Sequence record: KM389300.1
Source: Escherichia phage CBA6
Strand: one strand, 5' to 3'
Length of the DNA: 25,803 nt
This document shows positions 1-6,578 of this stretch, piece after piece (positions within the stretch are counted from its first letter, which is position 1; each line of letters starts with the position of its first letter). A model generated the notes under the pieces. The model searched no databases. It had not been told where the DNA came from and worked only from the letters and a program-made list of their open reading frames with translations. The position numbers and the translations under genes were made by a program.

Positions 1-130
1 ATGCAAGTGAAATGCAAATAGCTTTCAGCGTCCTGACGATTTCGGGTTCGATTCCCGACGCACTCTCCCAACGCCCATTATCAGAAATTGCTGTGAGTAG
101 TCTTTCCATCCCCACGATGGTTTAACATAG

Positions 131-159
131 CCCGATCAGGACGATCGGGTTTCTTTTTG
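131..159 (+). terminator. intrinsic terminator
   Basis: 7-bp stem CCCGATC (131..137) / GATCGGG (143..149), loop AGGAC, then T-tract TTTCTTTTT (150..158). Confidence 0.7.
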
Positions 160-198
160 TCTGTAATAAATAGATCTGACTTGTAAAGGAGGTCTATT

Positions 199-432
199 AT
201 GGCAACTGCTAAGATCACACCAAACGCAAGTACATGGACGCAAGTCTCAGACGGCACATCTTTGAAAACTCTTCAAGTGACTCACGGTTCTGTGTATCTG
301 TGTGATAGCCCCAGCACTCCAACGGGTAACAACGCGCATATCATATATCAAGGAAATATGGTCGTTTTAACCCCGCCGACGGTGGGATGGGTTAAGGCAA
401 TTAATTCTGATGCGACGGTTATCGTTTCTTAA
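199..432 (+). CDS. hypothetical protein (77 aa)
   Basis: ATG at 199 with SD AAAGGAGG (185..192); ORF ends TAA 430..432; no recognisable motif. Confidence 0.6.
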   Translation: MATAKITPNASTWTQVSDGTSLKTLQVTHGSVYLCDSPSTPTGNNAHIIYQGNMVVLTPPTVGWVKAINSDATVIVS

Positions 433-441
433 GGAGGGAGT

Positions 442-960
442 ATGGCCATTTTGATATCTCCCTATTTGGGGAATATGCTTCAGACCCATCGCATCAAAAC
501 AGAAGTCAGATTTTCCGGTTTGTCACAACTTCTAACTTCTGGGGCAACTGGAATAGATTTGTTAACTGTGTTGGATGGGAAGACTCCGAACCCTTCTTCT
601 CCTACTGGTTTGGCTCCGTTCTTTAAATTATCAGATCACAAATTTCATGTGTTTCCCTATGATTCTATTCTTCCTGTGAAGGTTAATATTGTCGGATCAT
701 GGTCTGGGTCTACTTCTAATAGAACCATGATATTAGATTTTGTGGGTTCTGTGGGGAACCAGTTATCAAGAAGTCGTGATGCTAGCGTCCCGCCGCCGGA
801 CACTTTGTCTTTCATTACATTCTTCAGCGTTGACAAGGATGGGAACCTGGCGACCAACGGAGCGCAAATGAAACTGTACTCTTATGGTGGTGACTTTACC
901 ATTACCGAGGTCGTGTTGATCGCTGAGCAGGTTGTCCCACTCTATATGACTAGTATTTGA
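442..960 (+). CDS. hypothetical protein (172 aa)
   Basis: ATG at 442 with SD AAGGAGG (431..437), 9 nt after the upstream stop; Ser/Gly/Thr/Val-rich; no recognisable motif. Confidence 0.6.
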   Translation: MAILISPYLGNMLQTHRIKTEVRFSGLSQLLTSGATGIDLLTVLDGKTPNPSSPTGLAPFFKLSDHKFHVFPYDSILPVKVNIVGSWSGSTSNRTMILDFVGSVGNQLSRSRDASVPPPDTLSFITFFSVDKDGNLATNGAQMKLYSYGGDFTITEVVLIAEQVVPLYMTSI

Positions 961-977
961 TTTGTTCAATGAGGAAG

Positions 978-1019
978 AGGGGTTTAAAATTTAACCGTTT
1001 ATAAACCCCTTCATTGATT
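978..1019 (+). terminator. hairpin, possible terminator or attenuator
   Basis: 9-bp stem AGGGGTTTA (978..986) / TAAACCCCT (1002..1010) with 15-nt loop, followed by a weak T-rich stretch; lies between two + strand genes. Confidence 0.4.
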
Positions 1020-1031
1020 TGAGGAAACAAC

Positions 1032-1733
1032 ATGCGTAATGTTACGATTTGGGATTACAACGATGTCGTTTGTGACCTGCCTCCATTTGCTCGCCTGTAC
1101 ACATACAAAGGGAACAAACGTACTCTGAATGAGTTCTTGTATCCGGCATATATCTATCGGGACGGACATCTTGCTCCGCGATCACTTGAAGAAACTGGTG
1201 TGTGTACTCCTTTTGATATCAACAAGAAAGGACAAGCGATATTCATTGGTTATTCCAGCGAAGACGACATGGTAAATGGTCGACGCGGTCTGTATATGGT
1301 GTTTAACACATTTGAGCAAGCCGTGAATTGGTTATTCAAAAATGGTTATGATTTCTATGGTGAAGAGAGTTCTACTGCTCGCCGCCGTAAAGTAAAGAAT
1401 GTTGATTTCTACGCAGAGCGCAAGAAATATATGGATATTGCTCATCAATATGAGCAATCTAAGAAATCCGTTCTAATCAAACCATGCGTTACGGTCGGTG
1501 AAGAAGTGAGTGTCGTGGACAATTCCTATTTGAATCAGGCAATTAAATCTTTGAAGCCAACTCCTCTGGCCAGTGGTGCTCCGGTTGTTAAACATGACAG
1601 TTCAATCCCGACACCGCCTACTCCTCCGGCCAGTCGTGTTCTGAATGATCAGGGCGCTCCGGTAAAACAAAAGGTCAAGAAGCCGACTTTCATGGATAAC
1701 ATGATGAAGTTCCTTCGTCTGTTCAAGAAGTAA
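1032..1733 (+). CDS. hypothetical protein (233 aa) with Pro-rich, basic C-terminal region
   Basis: ATG at 1032 with SD GAGGA (1021..1025); C-terminal region has an imperfect internal repeat (PTPLASGAPVVK / PTPPASRV...GAPVKQK) and tail KKPTFMDNMMKFLRLFKK. Confidence 0.6.
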   Translation: MRNVTIWDYNDVVCDLPPFARLYTYKGNKRTLNEFLYPAYIYRDGHLAPRSLEETGVCTPFDINKKGQAIFIGYSSEDDMVNGRRGLYMVFNTFEQAVNWLFKNGYDFYGEESSTARRRKVKNVDFYAERKKYMDIAHQYEQSKKSVLIKPCVTVGEEVSVVDNSYLNQAIKSLKPTPLASGAPVVKHDSSIPTPPTPPASRVLNDQGAPVKQKVKKPTFMDNMMKFLRLFKK

Positions 1734-1755
1734 GCCGAGATTCTCCTTTTCTATA

Positions 1756-1795
1756 CTCCTGTAGATACGCTATGATAAGCCAATGCCTACAGGAG
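1756..1795 (+). promoter_or_regulatory. SD-sequestering hairpin in the leader of the PLP-enzyme gene
   Basis: 9-bp perfect inverted repeat CTCCTGTAG (1756..1764) / CTACAGGAG (1787..1795); the 3' arm contains the SD AGGAG (1791..1795), 7 nt before ATG 1803. Confidence 0.4.
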
Positions 1796-1802
1796 AAATA
1801 GA

Positions 1803-3074
1803 ATGAACGATACACAAATAAAATGTGAAGAGACTTCATCTGGTGTCAACGATTTCGTAAACCACTGGATTGATTTAGTCAACCAAAAAACGATATTCAA
1901 CACTCTTTCACTCAGTCGTGACCAGGTTCACTGGGAAGACTATCTTTACAAACACACCCCGTGCGAACTCGTTGCCAACCCCGAAACCAATCAGCAGGTC
2001 TGGTTCAAGCGTGAAGACTACTTCGCGCCGCTGTCCAATTATGCAAATGGCCAGCAGGGCATTAATGGGAGCAAACTCCGTCAGGCCATCTGGCTCATGA
2101 TGGAGCATCTTAAAGCGGGAGGATCCCCAGATCTTATCCATGGTACTGTCGTTGGTAGTCCGCAGTCCCCTATGGCGACGGCAGTCTCACGGCATTTCGG
2201 CGGCAAGACAACCACTGTGCTGGGTGCCACTAAACCAACCACATGCATGAACCATGATATGGTTTCAATGTCAGCATGGTTTGGTAGTGAATTTAACTTT
2301 GTTGGATCTGGTTACAATAGCACCATTCAGCCGCGCTGTAAGAAACTCATTGAACAATTAAATCCAAAGGCGTATTATCTGGAATATGGCATTACATTGG
2401 ATCATACCGTTCATTCACCAGAACGCATTGCTGGATTCCATATGCTGGGTGGTGAGCAGGTTGCCAATATCCCAGACCATATCACTGATCTGATCATTCC
2501 TGCTGGTTCTTGTAATTCATGCACCAGTATCCTGACAGGTTTGGCGATGCATCCGAAACCAAATCTGAAGAATGTCTATCTGATCGGGATTGGACCTAAC
2601 CGATTAGATTTCATTGAAAGTCGTTTGCGCATTATCGGTAAGCAAGCAAACCTCCCTCACATAACTGATTTCACTCGTCGCTATCACGACAACCCAGACT
2701 ATGTGTATGGTAAGAAGGATCTTCAGCATGCCTCTAAGAGCGTTTCGTTGGCTGGCCTCCTAAGTGGTATCAGGCCAAAGAACGAGCCGGATATCGTGCT
2801 TCCTCGCTTTGAGGTACACCATTGGGATCTTCATACCACTAATTGGGTTCGTTACAACGACCTCATGGATTACCAGTGGGGGGATATTGAGTTGCATCCT
2901 CGTTATGAAGGTAAGGTCATGACATGGATACAGGAACACAAACCAGAATTGCTTAATGAGAACTCATTGTTTTGGATCGTGGGGAGCAAGCCATATCTGG
3001 AAGCGATGAAAGCTGCTTGTCCTGAATTATCAATCCCCGAACATGTCCCTGTGAATGAGTTTGTCCCCAGCTAA
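1803..3074 (+). CDS. PLP-dependent enzyme, ACC deaminase / D-cysteine desulfhydrase fold (tryptophan synthase beta-like, fold type II)
   Basis: Family motifs in order: FKREDYFAP...NGSKLRQ (KRDD...GGNKLRKLE block with candidate PLP lysine), VVGSPQSPMATAVSRHFG (GxxQSNHxR phosphate loop), IIPAGSCNSCTSILTGLA, HPRYEGKVM (DPVYTGKAM block), IVGSKP (HTGG block); 423 aa with a C-terminal extension. Confidence 0.75.
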   Translation: MNDTQIKCEETSSGVNDFVNHWIDLVNQKTIFNTLSLSRDQVHWEDYLYKHTPCELVANPETNQQVWFKREDYFAPLSNYANGQQGINGSKLRQAIWLMMEHLKAGGSPDLIHGTVVGSPQSPMATAVSRHFGGKTTTVLGATKPTTCMNHDMVSMSAWFGSEFNFVGSGYNSTIQPRCKKLIEQLNPKAYYLEYGITLDHTVHSPERIAGFHMLGGEQVANIPDHITDLIIPAGSCNSCTSILTGLAMHPKPNLKNVYLIGIGPNRLDFIESRLRIIGKQANLPHITDFTRRYHDNPDYVYGKKDLQHASKSVSLAGLLSGIRPKNEPDIVLPRFEVHHWDLHTTNWVRYNDLMDYQWGDIELHPRYEGKVMTWIQEHKPELLNENSLFWIVGSKPYLEAMKAACPELSIPEHVPVNEFVPS

Positions 3075-3084
3075 TCCATCCTAA

Positions 3085-3112
3085 ATACCCCATACGGACC
3101 AGTGTGGGGTAT
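3085..3112 (+). promoter_or_regulatory. hairpin immediately upstream of the ART-like gene start
   Basis: 8-bp stem ATACCCCA (3085..3092) pairing with TGGGGTAT (3105..3112), 12-nt loop; the G-run (3106..3109) that could act as SD for ATG 3115 lies in the 3' arm; no T-tract. Confidence 0.35.
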
Positions 3113-3114
3113 CT

Positions 3115-3564
3115 ATGAAAACCTTTCTAGAATTTTATCGCGAATCAACGCTACCTGATTTTACGAATATCGTTTTGTATCATGGGTCTAATGTTGAATT
3201 CGATATATTTGATTTTGAAAAATTTGGCCAGACTGACTCTGGTACGATGGGTGCTGGGTTTTACCTGACGGGGGATCCAGAAAAGGCACAGATCTACGCA
3301 GAAAATGCCGTGCGCTATCGTCAATCTGGTGAACCTATTGTCATGGCATTTCGTGTCAAGGCCAAGAAGACTCTTGTAATAGATTCCAACAATGTTTCGG
3401 TGTGGGAAAATAAAATGCGAGAGTTGGGGATAAAGCCTGGTAAGATACATGATAATGTGAAAGAACTTATCAACAAAGGGTTCGATTCCATAGCCTCTAT
3501 AAGTGCCAATAACGTTGAGGAAATGGTGGTGTTTAAGCCAGGGTTGGCGACCAGAGAAGCCTAA
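3115..3564 (+). CDS. putative H-Y-E class ADP-ribosyltransferase (diphtheria toxin / PARP-like minimal catalytic domain), 149 aa
   Basis: YHGS (His23); GAGFYLTGD with Tyr50 and a second Tyr61 exactly 11 residues later (as in DT Tyr54/Tyr65 and PARP1 Tyr896/Tyr907); NNVEEMVVF (Glu135/Glu136) near the C-terminus; function is inferred from motifs only. Confidence 0.5.
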   Translation: MKTFLEFYRESTLPDFTNIVLYHGSNVEFDIFDFEKFGQTDSGTMGAGFYLTGDPEKAQIYAENAVRYRQSGEPIVMAFRVKAKKTLVIDSNNVSVWENKMRELGIKPGKIHDNVKELINKGFDSIASISANNVEEMVVFKPGLATREA

Positions 3565-3599
3565 ATAGTCCAAAGCGGTTTATTCAAGAGGACATTACC

Positions 3600-4058
3600 A
3601 TGCCAATTTCGAAATTATTTGAATCTGATTCCCCAGCAGATATGCCTATCTGGACTGGTGTTCAAGACGGGACTACGATTGAATTCTTTGAGCGCGGGGA
3701 AACAGGCGCTGAAGAGATTTATGCTTCCGTACAAGGGACAGACGTCGTCCGCGCCGCCGTAGCTCTTGCTACATTTTTAGAGGACGCCCCGATTGACGGT
3801 ATCCCGTTTGAAGCCCATGTGGACCCAGAAGACCCGACGTCTATCATCATTACAGTCCAGGGTGCTGAATATACATCTTACAGTATTGAGCACGATGAAG
3901 AAACAGGGGCGCTGTTTATAGCCACGGATCTTCAATTGGAAGATGACGAAATTGAATATCTGAAACAGAATGGTCGTCTTCCGGAGTACTCTGACGAAGA
4001 ATTGGATTCTGCGTTTGATGAAGTAGACGATGAAGACGACTTTTGGGATGGGAAATAA
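3600..4058 (+). CDS. highly acidic hypothetical protein (152 aa), possible DNA mimic or partner of the ART-like protein
   Basis: ATG at 3600 with SD AGAGGA (3587..3592); very Asp/Glu-rich, ending DEVDDEDDFWDGK; 35 nt after the ART-like gene. Confidence 0.6.
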   Translation: MPISKLFESDSPADMPIWTGVQDGTTIEFFERGETGAEEIYASVQGTDVVRAAVALATFLEDAPIDGIPFEAHVDPEDPTSIIITVQGAEYTSYSIEHDEETGALFIATDLQLEDDEIEYLKQNGRLPEYSDEELDSAFDEVDDEDDFWDGK

Positions 4059-4088
4059 ACAAAGGGGCTTAATGCCCCTTTGTTTTAG
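4057..4088. terminator. bidirectional intrinsic terminator between convergent genes
   Basis: Stem AAAGGGGC (4061..4068) / GCCCCTTT (4074..4081), loop TTAAT; T-tract on both strands; sits between the + gene ending at 4058 and the - gene ending at 4085. Confidence 0.75.
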
Positions 4089-4459
4089 ATATCGTTTGTG
4101 TGTACTGTGAATCTCATTGTTACGACATCTGTTCTTTCATCCTTGTGTAATTCGAACTTCAAACCTTCCTTCAGAAGACTCGCCACCAACAATGTTTTGA
4201 ACTTTTCGACTTGCTTGTCTGTTGGGTATTTTTGAGACTTATATGCCTGTTGAAATGCGGTTAATATTTCGTCAAACCTGTGGCCACCAACAGCGTACAC
4301 CATGTCATCAATTTCAACTCCGCGATTTGCTTGGGAAACGAGTTGCTTCTTCATTTTACAAACAAAGATATCAACGGCTTTTTCAACTATCCCCATGGCT
4401 TCCCAAATCTGAGCCTGGTCAATCGTAGTCTGTAATTCTTGTGCGAAGTTCTTCATCAT
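4085..4459 (-). CDS. hypothetical protein (124 aa)
   Basis: ATG at 4459 (- strand) with SD GAGGAAGG; start overlaps the stop of the upstream - strand gene (ATGA overlap), suggesting translational coupling. Confidence 0.55.
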   Translation of the reverse strand: MMKNFAQELQTTIDQAQIWEAMGIVEKAVDIFVCKMKKQLVSQANRGVEIDDMVYAVGGHRFDEILTAFQQAYKSQKYPTDKQVEKFKTLLVASLLKEGLKFELHKDERTDVVTMRFTVHTNDI

Positions 4460-4998
4460 TTCACCTTCCTCGTTGGATATTGGTTAAAGAGTTTGCCCAG
4501 CTTGGACACATTGATAATCGTCTGAGTCTTCCAGCGCTCGATCCCCTCTGGTGTAGTCACGGTTAGGATTGAATAACCCCATATATGGGAACCATTCAGC
4601 ACAGCCGCGCTGTGCCCACCAATTTTGTCTTCCAGTTTACAAATGAAAGACTCATATTGCATCGCAGCGTTTCGACGTGCTTCTTTGACAAACAGAGCAT
4701 GGCGCTCAGGATCAGCTTTGACAATATCCGGCTTCCCAGGTATGTAAGAAGGATTCACTGCCTGGGTCAAAGAACGGTAGAGCGCATGTTTTGATTTCAT
4801 TCGTTGGTAATCTGGATCACCAAACTTGACACCAACCGAAGATGGCCACGGAGCGCACTTCTCGACGTCCCAGCCGTTGGATGCCAGATCGTCCATTATG
4901 TTCTTGATGACTTTGTTCGCGTACTGCTCAGCAGCATTCTCAGCATCAACCAGCAGAGGCTCAACTGCGATACGGACAGGAGTTTTTGGCATATTCAT
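4456..4998 (-). CDS. hypothetical protein (181 aa from the SD-supported start)
   Basis: Preferred start ATG at 4998 (MNMPKTPV...) with SD AAGGA 8 nt upstream; the alternative ATG at 5046 directly abuts the upstream stop and lies inside a hairpin; contains KHALY and ERHALF motifs of unknown meaning. Confidence 0.5.
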   Translation of the reverse strand: MNMPKTPVRIAVEPLLVDAENAAEQYANKVIKNIMDDLASNGWDVEKCAPWPSSVGVKFGDPDYQRMKSKHALYRSLTQAVNPSYIPGKPDIVKADPERHALFVKEARRNAAMQYESFICKLEDKIGGHSAAVLNGSHIWGYSILTVTTPEGIERWKTQTIINVSKLGKLFNQYPTRKVK

Positions 4999-5021
4999 GA
5001 TATAGTCCTTCAGTTCAAAGT

Positions 5022-5039
5022 AAGCCCCCGAAGGGGCTT
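5022..5039 (-). terminator. GC-rich hairpin, possible weak terminator or RNA stability element
   Basis: AAGCCCC / GGGGCTT stem with 4-nt loop directly after the stop (5047..5049) of the upstream - strand gene; downstream T-run is weak. Confidence 0.35.
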
Positions 5040-5046
5040 CAGTCAT

Positions 5047-5577
5047 TTAGATACGGGAATCCAACCATGCATTCTTTTCATTCTGCCATTCCCAAGCGGC
5101 CTGACCACCAGCCATGATAACTTCCAGAGAAGGAGTATTGTCATCCTCGCCACCGTGTAGGTCTGGGTCAAATCCATCATCTTCAGGATCGTCTTCACAT
5201 TCGTTCTGATATGCGGAATATTCAATATAATGCGCTTCGGCTTCGCAATCCATGTCTCCTAGAGCAGTCTCAAGAGTCATTTTACCTTCGGCAATCAGCT
5301 CAGCCGTTGCGTCGTCCAGACCTGCGTCTTTCGCTTCAACGAACAGTTCGTGACGTTTCTGGAAGAAAAAGAACTGCATTGCGTCGCAGTGGTTGTCGAA
5401 CTTCTGTTTGAGTTCGCAACGAACACCCTTGACAACCGGATGGTAAACCACCATGTAACGGCCAGCAGAAATTTTGTCACCGTTTATAGCAGCGCCGAAG
5501 AAGTTACCGAAGACTTGGCCTTCGCCTGCGTCGCACAGAACGGTATTTTTGTTTGCTGTTTCTGCTAAAATTTTCAT
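5047..5577 (-). CDS. hypothetical protein (177 aa) with strongly acidic C-terminal half
   Basis: Start ATG at 5577 (MKILAETANK...) with SD AAGGAAA, about 45 nt downstream of the early-type promoter; the longer ORF to 5757 is an SD-less extension; C-terminal half rich in D/E. Confidence 0.55.
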   Translation of the reverse strand: MKILAETANKNTVLCDAGEGQVFGNFFGAAINGDKISAGRYMVVYHPVVKGVRCELKQKFDNHCDAMQFFFFQKRHELFVEAKDAGLDDATAELIAEGKMTLETALGDMDCEAEAHYIEYSAYQNECEDDPEDDGFDPDLHGGEDDNTPSLEVIMAGGQAAWEWQNEKNAWLDSRI

Positions 5578-5626
5578 GATGTATTTCCTTCTCTTCAGAT
5601 TGTTGTTTGTTCGTACTACAATTAGA

Positions 5627-5655
5627 AGTATACGCCAGTTATTGAAGAAGTAAAC
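5627..5655 (-). promoter_or_regulatory. T4 early-type (sigma70-like) promoter on the - strand
   Basis: On the - strand: -35 GTTTAC (5655..5650), 17-nt spacer, -10 TATACT (5632..5627), with an A/T-rich block upstream (5656..5680); positioned to drive the gene starting at 5577. Confidence 0.5.
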
Positions 5656-5672
5656 TTTATTCAATAAATATT

Positions 5673-5885
5673 TTAATAAATTTTGAACTCTGCTCCCCTG
5701 TATGTCGCCGATCCTCGTTCTATGAGGCCGTCGGGGACAATTACCTTTGTGGGCCATCCGCCGTCCGGTGCTTTGACAGTCAGGCGTGTCTTATGATCAC
5801 CCAGCTGAATCTGTTCGTAAATCCTTCCTCTCACTATCGTCGCCCCGCCTTGGGTGACCAGCAATCTCTTGTTTACCACTTTCAT
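5673..5885 (-). CDS. small hypothetical protein (70 aa)
   Basis: Single ATG at 5885; AAGGA lies only 1-2 nt from the ATG (poor spacing) and the gene sits between a terminator and a downstream promoter, so expression is uncertain. Confidence 0.4.
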   Translation of the reverse strand: MKVVNKRLLVTQGGATIVRGRIYEQIQLGDHKTRLTVKAPDGGWPTKVIVPDGLIERGSATYRGAEFKIY

Positions 5886-5889
5886 TCCT

Positions 5890-5921
5890 TAACACCAAAA
5901 GAAAGGGGAGTTTCCTCCCCT
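5890..5921 (-). terminator. intrinsic terminator (- strand)
   Basis: Stem AGGGGAG (5904..5910) / CTCCCCT (5915..5921), loop TTTC; on the - strand it is followed by TTTCTTTTGG; lies just after the stop of the membrane-protein gene. Confidence 0.6.
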
Positions 5922-5926
5922 CTAAC

Positions 5927-6499
5927 TTATTTCTTCAGATCAGGCCACGCACCAGAGGTCGCAGTAGACCCAGCTGGGGGAGCAGACTCAAGATCGGGAG
6001 AACCCGACTGAGTAACAACAGTGGGATCTTTGTTAACCACTTTGACCCCAAACTGTTTGAGAGCATCCACAGCTTGCGCCTTCCGGCTATTGCTTTTGTA
6101 ATGGTTGTACCCCTTGATACCGAATGATGCACTAATTGCTGTCAATAGCGAAGCAGTATACCAATCAGGCGCTGTTTCAAGGGCTTGCATACCATCAATT
6201 ACTGCTTTGATGAAATCCCCTTTATGATACTCGGTGGGGAACATTAGAAGTTCCACAACCGGAGCGATCATAACAAGGATAGCGGGAACAGCCAAAACGA
6301 TTGTCCAGAATTCATCTTTCCAAGATCCGCCGACTTCGGTAATCTTAGAAAGTTCCCATTCTGAAGAAGACTTTATTGCCTCCAGTTTAACATCGTGTTT
6401 AGCCTGAACAATTTCCCGCTTATATTGCACCAAATCAGTCCCAAGATTCCAGAGTTGCTTTAGCGCCCCTGGAATCATGCTCACAAAGGGGATTGCCAT
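5927..6499 (-). CDS. membrane protein (191 aa), central hydrophobic helix; divergent from the DNA polymerase gene
   Basis: Start ATG at 6499 (MAIPFVSM...) with SD GGAG 7 nt upstream; central TM segment FWTIVLAVPAILVMIAPVV; Ser/Thr/Pro-rich C-terminus; ORF extends to 6559 but without SD. Confidence 0.55.
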   Translation of the reverse strand: MAIPFVSMIPGALKQLWNLGTDLVQYKREIVQAKHDVKLEAIKSSSEWELSKITEVGGSWKDEFWTIVLAVPAILVMIAPVVELLMFPTEYHKGDFIKAVIDGMQALETAPDWYTASLLTAISASFGIKGYNHYKSNSRKAQAVDALKQFGVKVVNKDPTVVTQSGSPDLESAPPAGSTATSGAWPDLKK

Positions 6500-6528
6500 T
6501 TTAAACTCCTTGGTCATTGAACGTTCCT

Positions 6529-6568
6529 CGGTTAAATTACGGGGACGTGCTGACGGCACGGTTAACCG
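6529..6568 (+). promoter_or_regulatory. structured leader of the DNA polymerase gene, candidate translational operator
   Basis: Inner hairpin CGTGC (6546..6550) / GCACG (6556..6560) with loop TGACG, nested in an outer stem CGGTTAA (6529..6535) / TTAACCG (6562..6568) whose 3' end abuts the SD GGAG (6568..6571); ATG at 6579. Confidence 0.4.
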
Positions 6569-6578
6569 GAGACAAACA

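Noticed and set aside
42-70. tRNA-like T-arm (TCGGG-TTCGATT-CCCGA followed by a 7-nt acceptor-like strand) at the left edge, suggesting the 3' end of a tRNA gene
   Set aside because: No anticodon stem-loop can be formed from positions 1..41 at any standard or long-variable-arm spacing, and there is no CCA. The T-loop-like match may be a tRNA remnant or chance. The terminator at 131..159 does show a transcript ends here.
3151-3573. 140-aa ORF on the - strand
   Set aside because: Antisense to the ART-like gene, whose + frame carries the ordered H-Y-E motifs.
5578-5757. N-terminal 60-codon extension of the ORF 5047..5757
   Set aside because: The extension would run through the early-type promoter at 5627..5655 and has no SD. 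The internal ATG at 5577 has an SD at the right distance.
6477-6578. Longer DNA polymerase ORF starting at 6477
   Set aside because: The extension has no SD and overlaps the divergent gene's start region. The ATG at 6579 has an SD and gives an N-terminus (MTVFYTNV...) matching the T4 gp43 N-terminus.
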